Source: Pristiophorus japonicus (Eukaryota). Taken from it: a stretch of DNA of 64,000 bases. The stretch covers positions 15,810,001 to 15,874,000 of the forward strand of contig NC_091995.1 in the NCBI RefSeq assembly GCF_044704955.1, given 5' to 3'. Each line of letters begins with the position of its first letter. The first letter of the stretch is position 1. The notes beneath the pieces were generated by a model, which saw only the letters and a program-made list of their open reading frames with translations, had not been told where the DNA came from and ran no database searches. Positions 25,839-37,769 of this stretch are shown in pieces. The position numbers and the translations under genes are program-made.

Positions 25839-26408
25839 TGTAATATATACACCTGTGAGTGTGCTCATAGGTTTGCTCGTGGCCTTCTATGAGAGATGGG
25901 CACTGGAGGGACTGGAGTGCATCATCACCCCCGGCAACCACATTTTAATTTGATGTCTAAAGTTTAATTTGTTTATTGTGCCAGTTTTAATGCTCCCCCG
26001 CCCCTTTTTAGCCAGGGGGCACTTGTATAATTTCGTGTTTTACTGTCCTCAAAAAAACCCCAAACAAACAAACAAAAAACAAGAGAGCACTTGAAAAGTG
26101 TTTTGGAGTGTGCCCCCCACCCCTTTTAATCAGGGGGCACTTGATTTTCTGATTACAATAAAAATAGTTGTAGAGCTGTTGATTTGGGGAGCGGCTTAGC
26201 CAGTCACGTGATGTTCACAACACTCAATAAAACTGCAACTAGTTGGATTCGGGGGATCCGCGGTGAGGTAGGTAGTTGTGAGCCTGGTGGATGAACTGGT
26301 AATGTGCCGTGTGAATGTTAAACCTTTTGCTAGTAAACCAATTACTTCTTAATAGAATGTGTTGCTATGAATTCTTAAGCAAAGAACCCATGAAGCAAAT
26401 ACATTACG
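25839..26408 (+). mobile_element. Solo LTR (family A, copy 2) carrying one L1/Tx1 3' fragment
   Basis: It is collinear with copy 1 and has ends TGTAATAT...ACATTACG. Its 5-bp TSD is different (CACAT at 25834-25838 and 26409-26413), so it is an independent insertion. Confidence 0.82.
25876..26167 (+). mobile_element. L1/Tx1-like LINE 3' end, insertion 3
   Basis: It encodes LVAFYERWALEGLECIITPGNHILI*. Its 3' junction is directly before TTGTAGAGCTGTTGA at 26168-26182. Confidence 0.68.
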
Positions 26409-26954
26409 CACATCCAGTGGTAAAGTAGCTTTGCAGGAAATTCACGACCCAAGGGTGAGAGTGCACATAGCAGGTGGTACGTTAGAAACAAACATAGGTG
26501 CTTGGCTTTCGATTTTCCATCCACTGTCACTAATGCAGAAAAATTGCTGCCAGAGTACCCCCGATTTTACCATAATTTGACCGCTACACAAGACCTTTCC
26601 CGTGGCCCTGAATGTAGAACATTCCTCCCCTTCTCGCTATGTTTCTGATCTGTTCAACACTATGACCAGTAGCAAATTTTAATTTCCATATTGTCTGCCA
26701 GATCGCCCATTCTCCTCTTCAGCAAGATGTGCGGTCCTCAAGAAGTGTGCTTCTGTCCTTGTTCCATTCTGTTAATGTCTTCAATATTTCTTACACTCGG
26801 TCTATTTGTCCTCCTCTTTGCAAATTTGCTGCTGTTCATCCTGCCCCGAACTAAGATGACCCATCTTTCCTCTTTAATTACCACCCTATTGCCTTTATGT
26901 TGATACTTGCAAAAGTTTTTCCAGGCTACTATTAACGCACAAATAATCCATCTA

Positions 26955-27355
26955 CAGGCACCCTAAACCAGCATTCTACTCAAAGCTCCGACACTGCAAA
27001 CAAGTCCCAGATGGGCAGAGAAAATGCTTCAAGGACACCCTCAAAACCTCCTTGAAAAAGTGCAACATCTCCACTGGCATCTGGGAATCCCTGGCCAAAC
27101 TGCTCAAAGTGGAGGAGAAGCATCTGGGAAGACGCCGAACACCTCGAGTCTCTTCGCCGGGAGCAAGCGGAGGCCAAGCACAAACAGTGGAAGGAGCGCT
27201 CAACAACCCAAACACCCCACCCACCCGTCCCTTCAACTAACACCTGCCTCACCTGAGACAGAGACTGTAGATCCCACATTGGCCTCATCAGTCACCTGAG
27301 AACTCATGTTAGTGTGGAAGCAAGTCATCCTCGACTCCGAGGGAATGCCTAAGAA
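26955..27355 (+). mobile_element. RTE-clade LINE 3' fragment
   Basis: It is homologous to 32460-32860 (FKDTLK..., WESLAK, IGLxSHLRTH) and has the same tail. Confidence 0.85.
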
Positions 27356-27359
27356 AATA

Positions 27360-28752
27360 ATGACCAGTTAGCCTAACATCTGTTGTTGGGAAAATTCTGG
27401 AGTCCATTATTAAAGAAGCAGTAGCGGGACATTTGGAAAAGCATGATTCAATCAAGCAGAGTCAGCATGGTTTTATTAAAGGGAAATCACATTTGACAAA
27501 TTTTCTGCAGTTCTTTGAGGATGTAACAAGCAGGGTGGATGCAGGGGAATCAGTGGATGTGGTGTATTTGGATTTCCAGAAGGCATTCGATAAGATACCA
27601 TATAAGAGGTTACTGCAGAAGATAAAAGCTCACGGGGTTGGTGATAATATATTAGCATGGATAGAGGATTGGCTAACTAATAGAAAACAGAGAGTCAGGA
27701 TAAATGGGTCATTTATCAGTTGGCAAATAGCGACTAGTGGGATGCTGCAGGGATCGGTGCTGGGTCCTCAACTATTAACAATCTATATTAATGAGTTGGA
27801 TGAAGGTACCGAGTGTAATGTAGCCAAGTTTGCTAATGATACAAAGATGGGTGGGAAAGCAAATTGTGAGGAGGACACAAACAATCTGCAAAGGAATATA
27901 GGCAGGCTAAGTGAGAGGGCAAACATTTGACAGATGAAGTATAATGTGGGAAAATGTGAAGTTATCCATTTTGGCAGAAATAATAGAAAAGCTAATTATA
28001 ATTTAAATGGAGAAAAATTGCAAAGTGCTGCAGTACAGAGAGACCTAGGGGTCCTTGTACGTGAAACACCAAAGTTAGTATGAAGGTACAGCAAGTAATC
28101 AGAAAGGAAAATGAAATGTTGGCCTTTATTGCAAGGGGGATAGAGCATAAAAGCAGAGAAGTCCTGCTACAACTGTACATGGTATTGGTAAGGCCACATC
28201 TGGAGTACTGCGTACAGTTTTGGTCTCCGTATTTCAGGAAGGATATACTTGCATTGAAGGCTGTTCAGAGGAGGTTCACGAGGTTGATTCCGCAGATGAG
28301 GGGCTTGACTTATGAGGATAGATTGTGTAGGTTGGGCCGATACATATTTGAGTTCAGAAGAATGAGAGGTGATCTTATTGAAACTTAAAAACAAATGATG
28401 GGGCTCGACAAGGTGGATGCAGAGAGGATATTTACATTCATAGGGGAAACTAAAACTAGCGGACATAGTCTTAGAATTTAAAACTGAGATGAGGAGAAAT
28501 TTTTACTCCAAGAGGGTTGTAAATCTATGGAATTCTCTGCCCCAGAGAGCTGTGGAGGCTGGGTCATTGAATATATTTAAGGCAGAGCTAGACAGATTTT
28601 TGAACGATAAGGGAGTAAAGGGTTATGGGGAGCGGGCAGAGAGGTGGAGCTGTGTCCATGATCAGATCAGCCATGATCTTATTGATTGGTGGAGCAGGCT
28701 CGATGGGCCAAATGGCTGACTCCTGCTCCGATTTCTTATATTCTTATGTTCT
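27360..28752 (+). mobile_element. CR1 LINE, RT region through 3' end
   Basis: Motifs SQHGF, VYLDFQKAFD, QGSVLGP, KFANDTK and LVRPHLEYCVQFW are present, followed by a (TTCTTATG)-type tail. Confidence 0.95.
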
Positions 28753-28992
28753 TGTATATATGACATACAGTTCTCGAAAGTGCTATCTGCTTTGTGGAAA
28801 AAGTGTATGTTTTTTCATTGTAATACTATTATTTAATATCTCCCCATTCTGCATTACTGGAAGATACCTCAGTTCCGTGATTATATCAGTGGACCAGCAT
28901 GGCAAAAGTATTGAGTTTAAATGCCAACATGATAAGCTGTGAGATTGATTTGAATGAATCTGAGAATGTATGGGTGAGCACTAGATAATAAC

Positions 28993-29205
28993 TTTTGTAT
29001 ATGTAGACTTGTGGATGCCTTGTTTAACCACCAGAGGGCTCATCTCCTGGAGTCCCAAGGGATCCCACAATCCCTTGGGAGCACCTGTATATAAGGAGGC
29101 CTCACAGGCTGGAGAGGCACTCTGGAGACCTGTAATAAAGGACTGTGGTCACACCTTATTTTGAGCTCACAGTATCTGGTCAGACTATTTATTCAATACA
29201 TAACA
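28993..29205 (+). mobile_element. Short solo LTR (family B, 213 bp)
   Basis: A 5-bp TSD, ATAAC, lies at 28988-28992 and 29206-29210. The element ends in ...TAACA, with TATATAAG at about 29088 and AATAAA at about 29134. The left TG appears mutated. Confidence 0.7.
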
Positions 29206-29259
29206 ATAACCATTAAAGCTGCCTGATGGTTTTTGAAACCCAACGCATTCCTTAGTGTA

Positions 29260-29765
29260 AAAGTAAAATACTGCAGCTGCAGGAAATCTGAAACAAAAAC
29301 AGGAAATGCAGGAAATACTCAGCAGGTCAGTCAGTATCTGCGGAGAGAGAGACAGAGTCAACATTTCAACTCGCTGATCTTTCATCAAAACTGTAAAAAG
29401 TTAGAGATGTGACAGGTTTTAAGCAAGTGCAGAGGCAGGGAAAGAGGGGAGGGGAGGAAAGAACAAAAGAGGAAATCTGTGATACGGCATGAGAGATTAA
29501 ATGACAAAAGGGATGATGGTGCAAAGAAAAAGGAGACGGTTCTGGATGAATTGTAAATGGGAATGGCAGAATCATCAACAGCTGCCAGGTGAAAAAATAG
29601 GGGGCAAAGGTTATGGTTCAACTCGATGTTGAGTCCAGATGGCTGTAAAGAGCATAATCGAAAGATGAGATGTTGTTTCTTGAGCTTACGTTGAGCTTCG
29701 TTGGAACAATGTAAGAGGCCGAGGATGGAGAGGTCAGAGAGGGAGTGGAGCGGAAAGTTACATTC
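29260..29765 (-). mobile_element. Penelope-like element 3' fragment (GIY-YIG C-terminus plus terminal repeat region)
   Basis: A minus-strand ORF reads LSILGLLHCSNEAQRKLKKQHLIFRLCSLQPSGLNIE, which is typical of the Penelope endonuclease C-terminus. Confidence 0.8.
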
Positions 29766-30354
29766 ATTAATGGTCTGGCCTACATGGAAGTCCCACACTA
29801 CGTAGCTGCCTCTTAATGCTCTCAGGGCAACTAGGGATGGGCAGTAAGCATTGCTTTTGGCAACATCGACCAGATCCTAAGAAGAAATAAAAAAATAAAA
29901 GACACCAATAAATTCTTTAAGAGGTTACTTATCTCTCAACTTATAGCACCTAAATGATAGTATAGTGTGCATTCAATACATAGAATTGTAATTTGCAAAT
30001 TTAAAAAAAATCTTAAATCTATTGATTTAAATTTACTTGAAATGGACCATATTGAAATGGGCAATCAAAAAATGGGACAGTTGTCATAAATCTGATATCT
30101 GTCACACAAAACTGGGTTATATGATTTCAATGTTTCACTATATTATGTCCCACAATGTGGAAAACCCAATTCTGCTTTTTAATGAAATATCAGACTTCAT
30201 TTTGGAAAGAAAAATGCTGCACCAGCAGACATCCCATGATGTTACTCAGGGTGAGAAGGTGAATACGCTGCTTTATAACAACAGGGGTGTGACCAACAAA
30301 GTGTGACTAGGAGGGTGTTATAGGAAATAAATATGACACTTAAAGGAAGTTCAA

Positions 30355-30575
30355 AAGGAAGTGAGAAAGGAAGTGAGAAAGAAAGAAAGGAAGAAAGAAA
30401 GAAAGAAGGACTTGCATTTATACAGCACCTTTCATGACCACTGGATGTATCAAAGTGCTTTACATCCAATGAAGCACTTTTATTTTTGAAGTGTAGTCAC
30501 TGTTGTAATGTAGGAAATGCGTCTGCCAATATACGCACTGCAAGCTCCCACAAATGACAATGTGGCAATGACAAT
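30355..30575 (-). mobile_element. Deu-like SINE 3' part with expanded (GAAA)n tail
   Basis: CTTGCATTTATACAGCACCTTTCATGACC matches the reversed SINE tail. Confidence 0.8.
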
Positions 30576-31045
30576 AATAATATGCAACATTTTAAATATA
30601 TTACAGATATAACATGTAGCAGATACAAAGAAAAAAAACGGTCTCAAACATAATTATCTTTTCACGATATGTGGAACATTTTATCACATTGGCAAAATAG
30701 TCATCCACTTTCATAATCTCACTATATTTATTCCATTATGTCAGGTCTATGGTGCAAATCTGTTTCAAAGTATGACAGCTCGGTACATAGAAAAAAATTG
30801 GGATGCATCCAGCCAGCTATCGATCCTGTCTTATCATCCCATCATGAAAGGGATCAGACTCATTTAATATTCTGATGGTAAACTCCACATAAATGTTCAA
30901 AAAAAAAATCCTGGAATGCGTGTTCAACCTGACATCGCCACCATTCAACCTAGGCTGCTACATTCCACAAGTAAGATCCAATACCATCCATGTTTACCCA
31001 TCCATTTTTTCATGCAGTTAATTTGCCAAAGTGAACTGTTTTTGA

Positions 31046-31496
31046 AAGAAAGAAAAACTTGCATTTAAACAGCGCCTTTCATGACCACCAGACATCCTAA
31101 AGTGCTTTACAGCCAATGAGTTATTTTTTGAAGTGTAGATACCATTGTAACATAGGGAACACAGCAGCCAATTTGCACACAGCAAGCTCCCACAAACAGC
31201 AATGTGATAATGACCAGATAATCTCTTTTTGTTATGTTGATTGAGGGATAAATATTGGCCAGGATATCGGGGATAACTCCCCTGCTCTTCTTTAAAATAG
31301 TGCCAGGTGATCTTTTATATCCGACAGAGCAGACGTTTCATCCACAAGACGGCCCCACTGACAGTGCAGCATTCCCTCAGCACTGCACTGGAGTGCCAGC
31401 TTGGATTTTTAGGCTCAAGTCTCTGCAGTAGGACTTGAACCCACAACCTTCTGTCTCAGAGTTGTGGGTGCGATCCACTGAGCCAGAGCTGACACT
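31046..31496 (-). mobile_element. Deu-like SINE, near full length
   Basis: It is collinear with the other copies and carries the reversed B-box GGACTTGAACCC. Confidence 0.85.
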
Positions 31497-31739
31497 ACTT
31501 TTTGTTAAATATATCTACATATGGAAAATAATTTTAAGAAGTAGAATTTATTTTAAACAAGGGGTTTTTATATTTATGTATTCTAAATTACAGAAGAATG
31601 TGGAAGACTGAGATCATACATGACACAACTCGAACTCGGAGACAAACACACAACTAAAATGCATTGAACTGTAAAGCCGTTGCTCAGTGCTCCCAGGGAT
31701 CAGAATGTCTGGGCTGCAAAAATAAGCCTTTTAGTGGCT

Positions 31740-32860
31740 GTCTGTGCACCAGCTACAGGGAACAGTGCTAGACCTTATACATGGCCTTCTTCGACCTTAC
31801 AAAGGCAACCTTCACTGTCTCCAGGCCTGGTCCAAGACCACACCAACCTCGGCCGTCGAGTTACAGGATGCGGACGATGCCTGCATCTATCTGTGCACAC
31901 ACAGAGGCTGAACTCCAGGACATAGTCAACGTATTTACCGAGGCATATGAAAGAATAGGCCTTATGCTAAACATCAGTAAGACAAAGTTCCTCCACCAGC
32001 CTGTCCTCGCCGCACAGCACTGCCCCCCAGACATCAAGATCCATGGCGCAGCCCTGGACAACATGGACCACTTCCCTTATCTCGGGAGACTCCTATCAAC
32101 AAGAGCAGGCATTGACGACGAGATCCAGCACTGCCTCCAGTGCACCAGTGGAGCCTTCGGCCGCCTAAGGAAAAGAGTGTTTGAAGACCAGGCCCTCAAA
32201 ACTGTCACCAAGCTCATGCTTTACAGGGCCATAGTAATACCCACCTTCCTGTATGGCTCAGAGCCGTGGACCATGTACCGTAGACATCTCCAGTCGCTGG
32301 AGAAATACCACCAACGATGTCTCCGTAAGATCCTACAAATCCCCTGGGAGGACAGACGCACCAACGTTAGCATCCTCATCCCCAGCATTGAAGCACTGAC
32401 CACACTTGATCAGCTCTGCTGGGCAGGCCACATAGTTCGCATGCCAGACACGAGACTCCCAAAGCAAGCACTCTACTTGGAACTCGTCCACGGAAAACAA
32501 GCCAAACGTGGGCAGAACAAACATTACAAGGACACCCTCAAAGCCTCTCTGATAAAGTGCGATATCCCCACTAACACCTGGGAGTCCCTGGCCAAAGACC
32601 GCCCTAAGTGGAGGAAGTGCATCCGGGAGGGCGCTGTGCTCTTCGAGTACCGTCGCCGAGAGTATGCAGAAATCAAGCGCAGGCAGCGGATGGAGCATGC
32701 AGCAAACCAGGCTTGCCGCCTACCTTTCCCTTCAATTACTGTCTGTCCCACCTGTGACAGAGACAGTGGTTCTCGTATTGGACTGTACAGCCACCTAAGA
32801 ACTCATGCTAAGAGTGGAAGCAAGTCTGCGTTGATTTCGAGGGACTGCCGATGATGATGG
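31740..32860 (+). mobile_element. RTE-clade LINE, truncated and internally deleted; contains the 357-aa ORF at 31781-32854
   Basis: Motifs AFFDLTKA, FPYLG, LYGSEPW and LCWAGHIVRM are present, with a C-terminal CPTC...HLRTH zinc finger and an (ATG)n tail. The catalytic ADD motif is out of frame at about 31867. Confidence 0.92.
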
Positions 32861-33571
32861 CAGTTTCCACAGTATTAATGATAATTAGAATCTCCATATG
32901 GAAAAATATGCCCTATAAATAGCCATTTAATTGAAGTTATTCTCTCACTCGTAATAACCATTGAAACCGTCTTAAGCAGCATAGTAGTTTCTGCATCGTA
33001 TGGCTCTTTTAAAAAATCGGCCTTTAATTATTCGGGTATACTACCTGTAATTCTGGAATAGAGTACTAAAACAAGGAGAGGAATAGAATTAAGCAGCAGT
33101 AATAGTGAAAAAAATGAACTCACCATTTAATAAAATCAGTAGCATCAAATTAACGGCAATGATTTTATGGAGTGCAGTCATCTTTCTGTTTCCTTAATAG
33201 ACGCGAGAAACTCTGCAACCACTCCTGCTTTTGAAAGTTTTTTTTAAAGGTGCACAAGATAGGTATCATGTTGTGTGTCAGTGATGAAATCATTACATTT
33301 GTGCCAGAAGTTAGATGCCACATGGTTCAAGCACAAGGCAGTTTAATTACACTGTAGCATGTGGCACCAAGACTAGCAGGGTGCCGTGTTGATCGTGGAT
33401 GATTTTAAAAACATATTTATTTGTTCACAGGAAGTGGGCATTGCTGGCAAGACCGCCATTTATAGAAACATAGAAACATAGAAATTTACAGCACAGAAGG
33501 CCATTTTGTCCCATCGTGTCTGCGCCGGCCGACTAAGAGCCGTATGGCCCTTGGTCAGCAGCCCTGGAGGA

Positions 33572-36500
33572 TACATAGAAACATAGAAACATAGGAAATA
33601 GTTGCAGGAGCAGGCCATTCGGCCCTTCAAGCCTGCACCATCACTCAGTATGATCATGGCTGATCATGCAACTTCAGTAACCCACTCCTGCTTTCTCTCC
33701 ATACTCGCTGATCCCTTTAGCCGTAAGGGCCACATCTAACTCCCCTTTGAATATATCCAACGAACTGGACTCAACAACTTTCTGTGGTAGAGAATTCCAC
33801 AGGTTCACAATTCTCTGAGTGAAAAAGTTTCTCCTCATCTCGGTCCTATATGGTTTACCCCTTATCCTTAGACTCTGACCTCTGGTTCTGGACTTCCACA
33901 GCATCGGTTTCATTCTTCCTGAATCTAACCTGTCCAATCACGTCAGAATTTTATATGCTTCTATGAGATCCCCTCTCATTCTTCGAAATTCCAGTGCATA
34001 TAAGCCTAGTCGATCCAGTCTTTCTTCATATGACAGTCCTGCCATTACGGGAATCAGTCTGGTGAACCTTCGCTGCAGTCCCTCAATAGCAAGAATGTCC
34101 TTCCTCAGATTCGGAGAACAAAACGACACACAGTACTCAAGGTGTGGTTTCACCAAGGCCCTGCAGAACTGCAGAAAAATCTCCCTGCTCCTATACACAA
34201 ATCCTCTCGCTATGAAGGCTAACATGCCATTTGCTTTCTTAACTGCCTGCTGTACCTGCATGCCTACTTTCAATGACTGATGTACCATGATACCCAGGTC
34301 TCGTTGCACCTCCCCTTTTACTAATCTGTCAACATTCAGATAATAATCTGCCTTCCTGTTTTTGCCACCAAACTTGACAACCTCACACTTATCCACATTA
34401 CACTGCATCTGCCATGCATTTGCCCACTCACCTAACTGTCCAAATCACCCTGCAGCCTCTTAGCATCCTCCTCACAGCTCACACTGCCACCCAGCTTAGT
34501 GTCATCTGCAAACTTGGAGATATTACATTCAATACCTTCGTCTAAATGATTAATATATATTGTAAATAGCTGGGGTCCCAGCACTGCACCTTGCAGTACC
34601 CCACTTGTCACAGCCTGCCATTCTGAAAAGGACCCGTTTATTCCCATTCTTTGCTTCCTGCCTGCCAACCAGTTCTCTATTCACGTCAATACATTACCCC
34701 AAATTCCATGTGCCTTAATTTTGTACACTAATCTCTTGTGTGGGACCTTGTCAAAAGCCTTTTGAAAGTCCAAATACACCACATCCACTGGTTCTCCCTT
34801 ATACACTCTACTAGTTACATCCTCAAAAAATTCTAGAAGATTTGTCAAGAATGATTTCCCTTTCATAAATCCATGCTGACTTGGAGCGATCCCATCACAG
34901 CTTTCCAAATGCACTGCTCTTACTTCTTTAACAATTGATTCCAGCATTTTCCCCACTACCGATGTCAGGCTAACCGGTCCATAATTCCCTGTTTTCTCTC
35001 CCTCCTTTTTTAAAAAGTGGGGTTACATTAGCTACCCTCCAATCAATAGGAACTGATCCAGAGTCCATGGAATGTTGGAAAATGACCACCAGTGCATCTA
35101 CTATTTCTAGGGCCACTTCAGTAAGTACTCTGGGATGCCGACTAGCAGGCCCTGGGGATTTATCGGCCTTCAATCCCATCAATTTTCCTAACACCATTTC
35201 CTGACTAATCAGTTCTCTCACTTCCTCCTTCTCACTAGACCCTCAGTCCCCACTATTTTCGGGAGGTTATTTGTGTCTTCCTTAGTGTAGACAGAACCAA
35301 AGTATTTGTTCAATTGGTCTGCCATTTCCTTGTTCCCCATTATGAATTCACCTGATTCTAACTGCAAGGGATCTACATTTGTCTTCACTAATCTTTTTTC
35401 TTCGCATATCTATAGCAGCTTTTGCTATCAGTTTTTATGTTCGCTGCAAGCTTACTTTCAAGCTGATTTTTCCCCCGACTAATTAAACCCTTCGTCCTCC
35501 TCTGCTGAATTGTAAATTTCTCCAAGTCCTCAGGTTTTCTGCTTTTTCTGGCCAATTTATATGCTTCTTCCTTGGATTTAACACTATTCCCTAATTTGCC
35601 TTGTTAGCCACGGTTGAGCCACCTTCACCGTTTTATTTTAATGCCAGACAGGGATGTACAATTGTTATAGTTCATCCATGTGATCATTAAATGTTTGCCA
35701 TTGCCTATCTACCGTCAATCTTTTAAGTATCATTCGCCAGTCTATCCTAGCCACTTCACGTCTCATACCATTGAAGTTACCTTTCTTTAAATTCAGGATG
35801 CTAGTCTCTGAATTAACTGTGTCACTCTCTATCTAAATGAAGAATTCTACCATATTATGGTCACTCTTCCCCAAGGGGCCCCGTACAACAAGATTGCTAA
35901 TTAATCCTCTCTCATTGCACAAGACCTTATCTACAATGGCCTGCTCTCTAGTTGGCTCCTCAATATATTGGCATAGAAAACCATCCCATCTACACTCCAG
36001 GAAATCCTCCTCCACAGTATTGCGACCAGTTTGGGTAGCCCAATGTATATGTAGATTAAAGTCACCCATGATAACTGCTGTACCTTTATTGCGCACATCC
36101 CTATTTTCCTGTTTGATGCCATCCCCAACCTCCCTACTACTGTTTGGTGGTCTGTACACAACTCCCACTAAGGTTTTCTTCCCTTTGGTGTTTCGCAGCT
36201 CTACTCATATAGATTCCACATCATCCAAGCTAATGTCCTTCCTTACTATTGCGTTAATCTCCTCTTTAACCAGTAACGCTACCCCACCTACTTTTCCTTT
36301 CTGAATATTGAATACCACTGGATGTTGAGTTCCCAGCCTTGGTCACCCTGGAGCCATGTCTCCGTAATCCCAATTACATCATCTCCATTAACATCTGCGC
36401 AGTTAATTCATCCACCTTATTACGAATGCTCCTCACTTTGAGACTCGGAGCCTTCAGGCTTGTGTTTTTTTTTAGCACTCGTTGTCCTTTTAGAATTATG

Positions 36501-37769
36501 TTGTAATGTGGCCCTTTTTGATTTTTGCCCTTGATTTCTCTGCCCTCCAAACTTACTTTTCTCCTTCCTACCTTTTGCTTCTGTCCCCTTTTTACTTCCC
36601 TCTGTCTCCCTGCATAGATTCCCACCCCCCTGCCATATTAGTTTAAAGCCTCCCCAACAGCACTAACAAACACTCCCACTAGAACATCAGTTCCGGTCCT
36701 GCCCAGGTGCAGACCATCCGGTTTGTACTGGTCCCACCTCCCCCAGAACCATTTCCAATGTCCCAGGAATTTGAATCGCTCCTCCTTGCACCATTCCTCA
36801 AGCCACGTAATATTCTGAACTATCCTGCTATTCCTACTCTGACTAGCACGTGGCACTGGTAGCAATCCTTAGATTACTACTTTTTAGATCGTACTTTTTA
36901 ATTTAACTCCTAGCACCCTAAATTCAGCTTGTAGGACCTCATCCCATTTTTTAACTATATCGTTGATACCACCACGACAACTGGCTGTTTGCCCTCCCCC
37001 TCCAGAATGCCCTGCAGCCGCCCCGAGACCTCCTTCACCCTTGCACCAGGGAGGCAAAATACCATCCTGGAGTCTCGTTTGCGGCCACAGAAACACCTAT
37101 CTATTCACCTTAAAATAGAATCCCCTAACACTATAACTCTCCCACTCATTTCCCTGCCCTCCTGTCAGGAGAGTCACCCCTGGTGCCATGAACTTGACTG
37201 CTGTTGCCTTCCCCTGATGAGCCACCTCCCTCAACAGTATCCAAAATGGTATATCTGTTTTGGAGGGAGGTGACCGCAGGGGACCCCTGCACCACCTTCC
37301 TTCCCTTTCTCTTCCTGTTGGTCACCCATTCCCTATCTGCCTGCAGTGTGACTGATGCTCCAGAGTGAACCCATGCACAGCTCCAGTGCCGCAATATGGT
37401 GTGACAGGAGCTGCAGCTGGACACACTTCCTGCACACATAGTCGCCAGGGACACTGGAAGTGTGCCTGACTTCCTGCATAGCAGAGGAGGAGCATGGTAT
37501 GGCTCTGGGCTCTCCTGCCATGACTTAACCCTTAGATTAACTTAATTTGGCAACAATGCCAAAGGTTTCTACAGATAAGAAAAGAAAAAGGAAAATAAAA
37601 AATACTCATCTATCAACCAGCCAATCACTTACCCGCATGGCTGTGACTCACACTTTGATGTCTTTTTACTTCTATTTTGCCTTTTGTCCCTGCACCATCT
37701 AGCTGCTCCCGACTGCTGCTCCTCCGACTACCGCTGGCCTTTTATAGGCCTCGAACCTCCTGCTTCCAC
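33572..37769 (-). mobile_element. Near full-length decayed CR1 LINE (ORF1 zinc finger and esterase, ORF2 APE and RT)
   Basis: Minus-strand fragments occur in the expected order: YVCRKC, WGRWDQYKPDGLHL, VVYRPP/GDFN/SDH (APE), YLDFQKAFDKVPH and KFADDTK (RT), then the (CATAGAAA)n reversed tail. There are many stops and frameshifts. Confidence 0.95.

Noticed and set aside
29900-31040. AT-rich unassigned stretch with short ORFs
   Set aside because: I found no recognisable motif or convincing exon boundaries. It may be an old TE relic, which needs a database search.
31781-32854. 357-aa ORF as a host or domesticated gene
   Set aside because: It is the C-terminal part of an RTE ORF with internal deletions and an out-of-frame catalytic motif.
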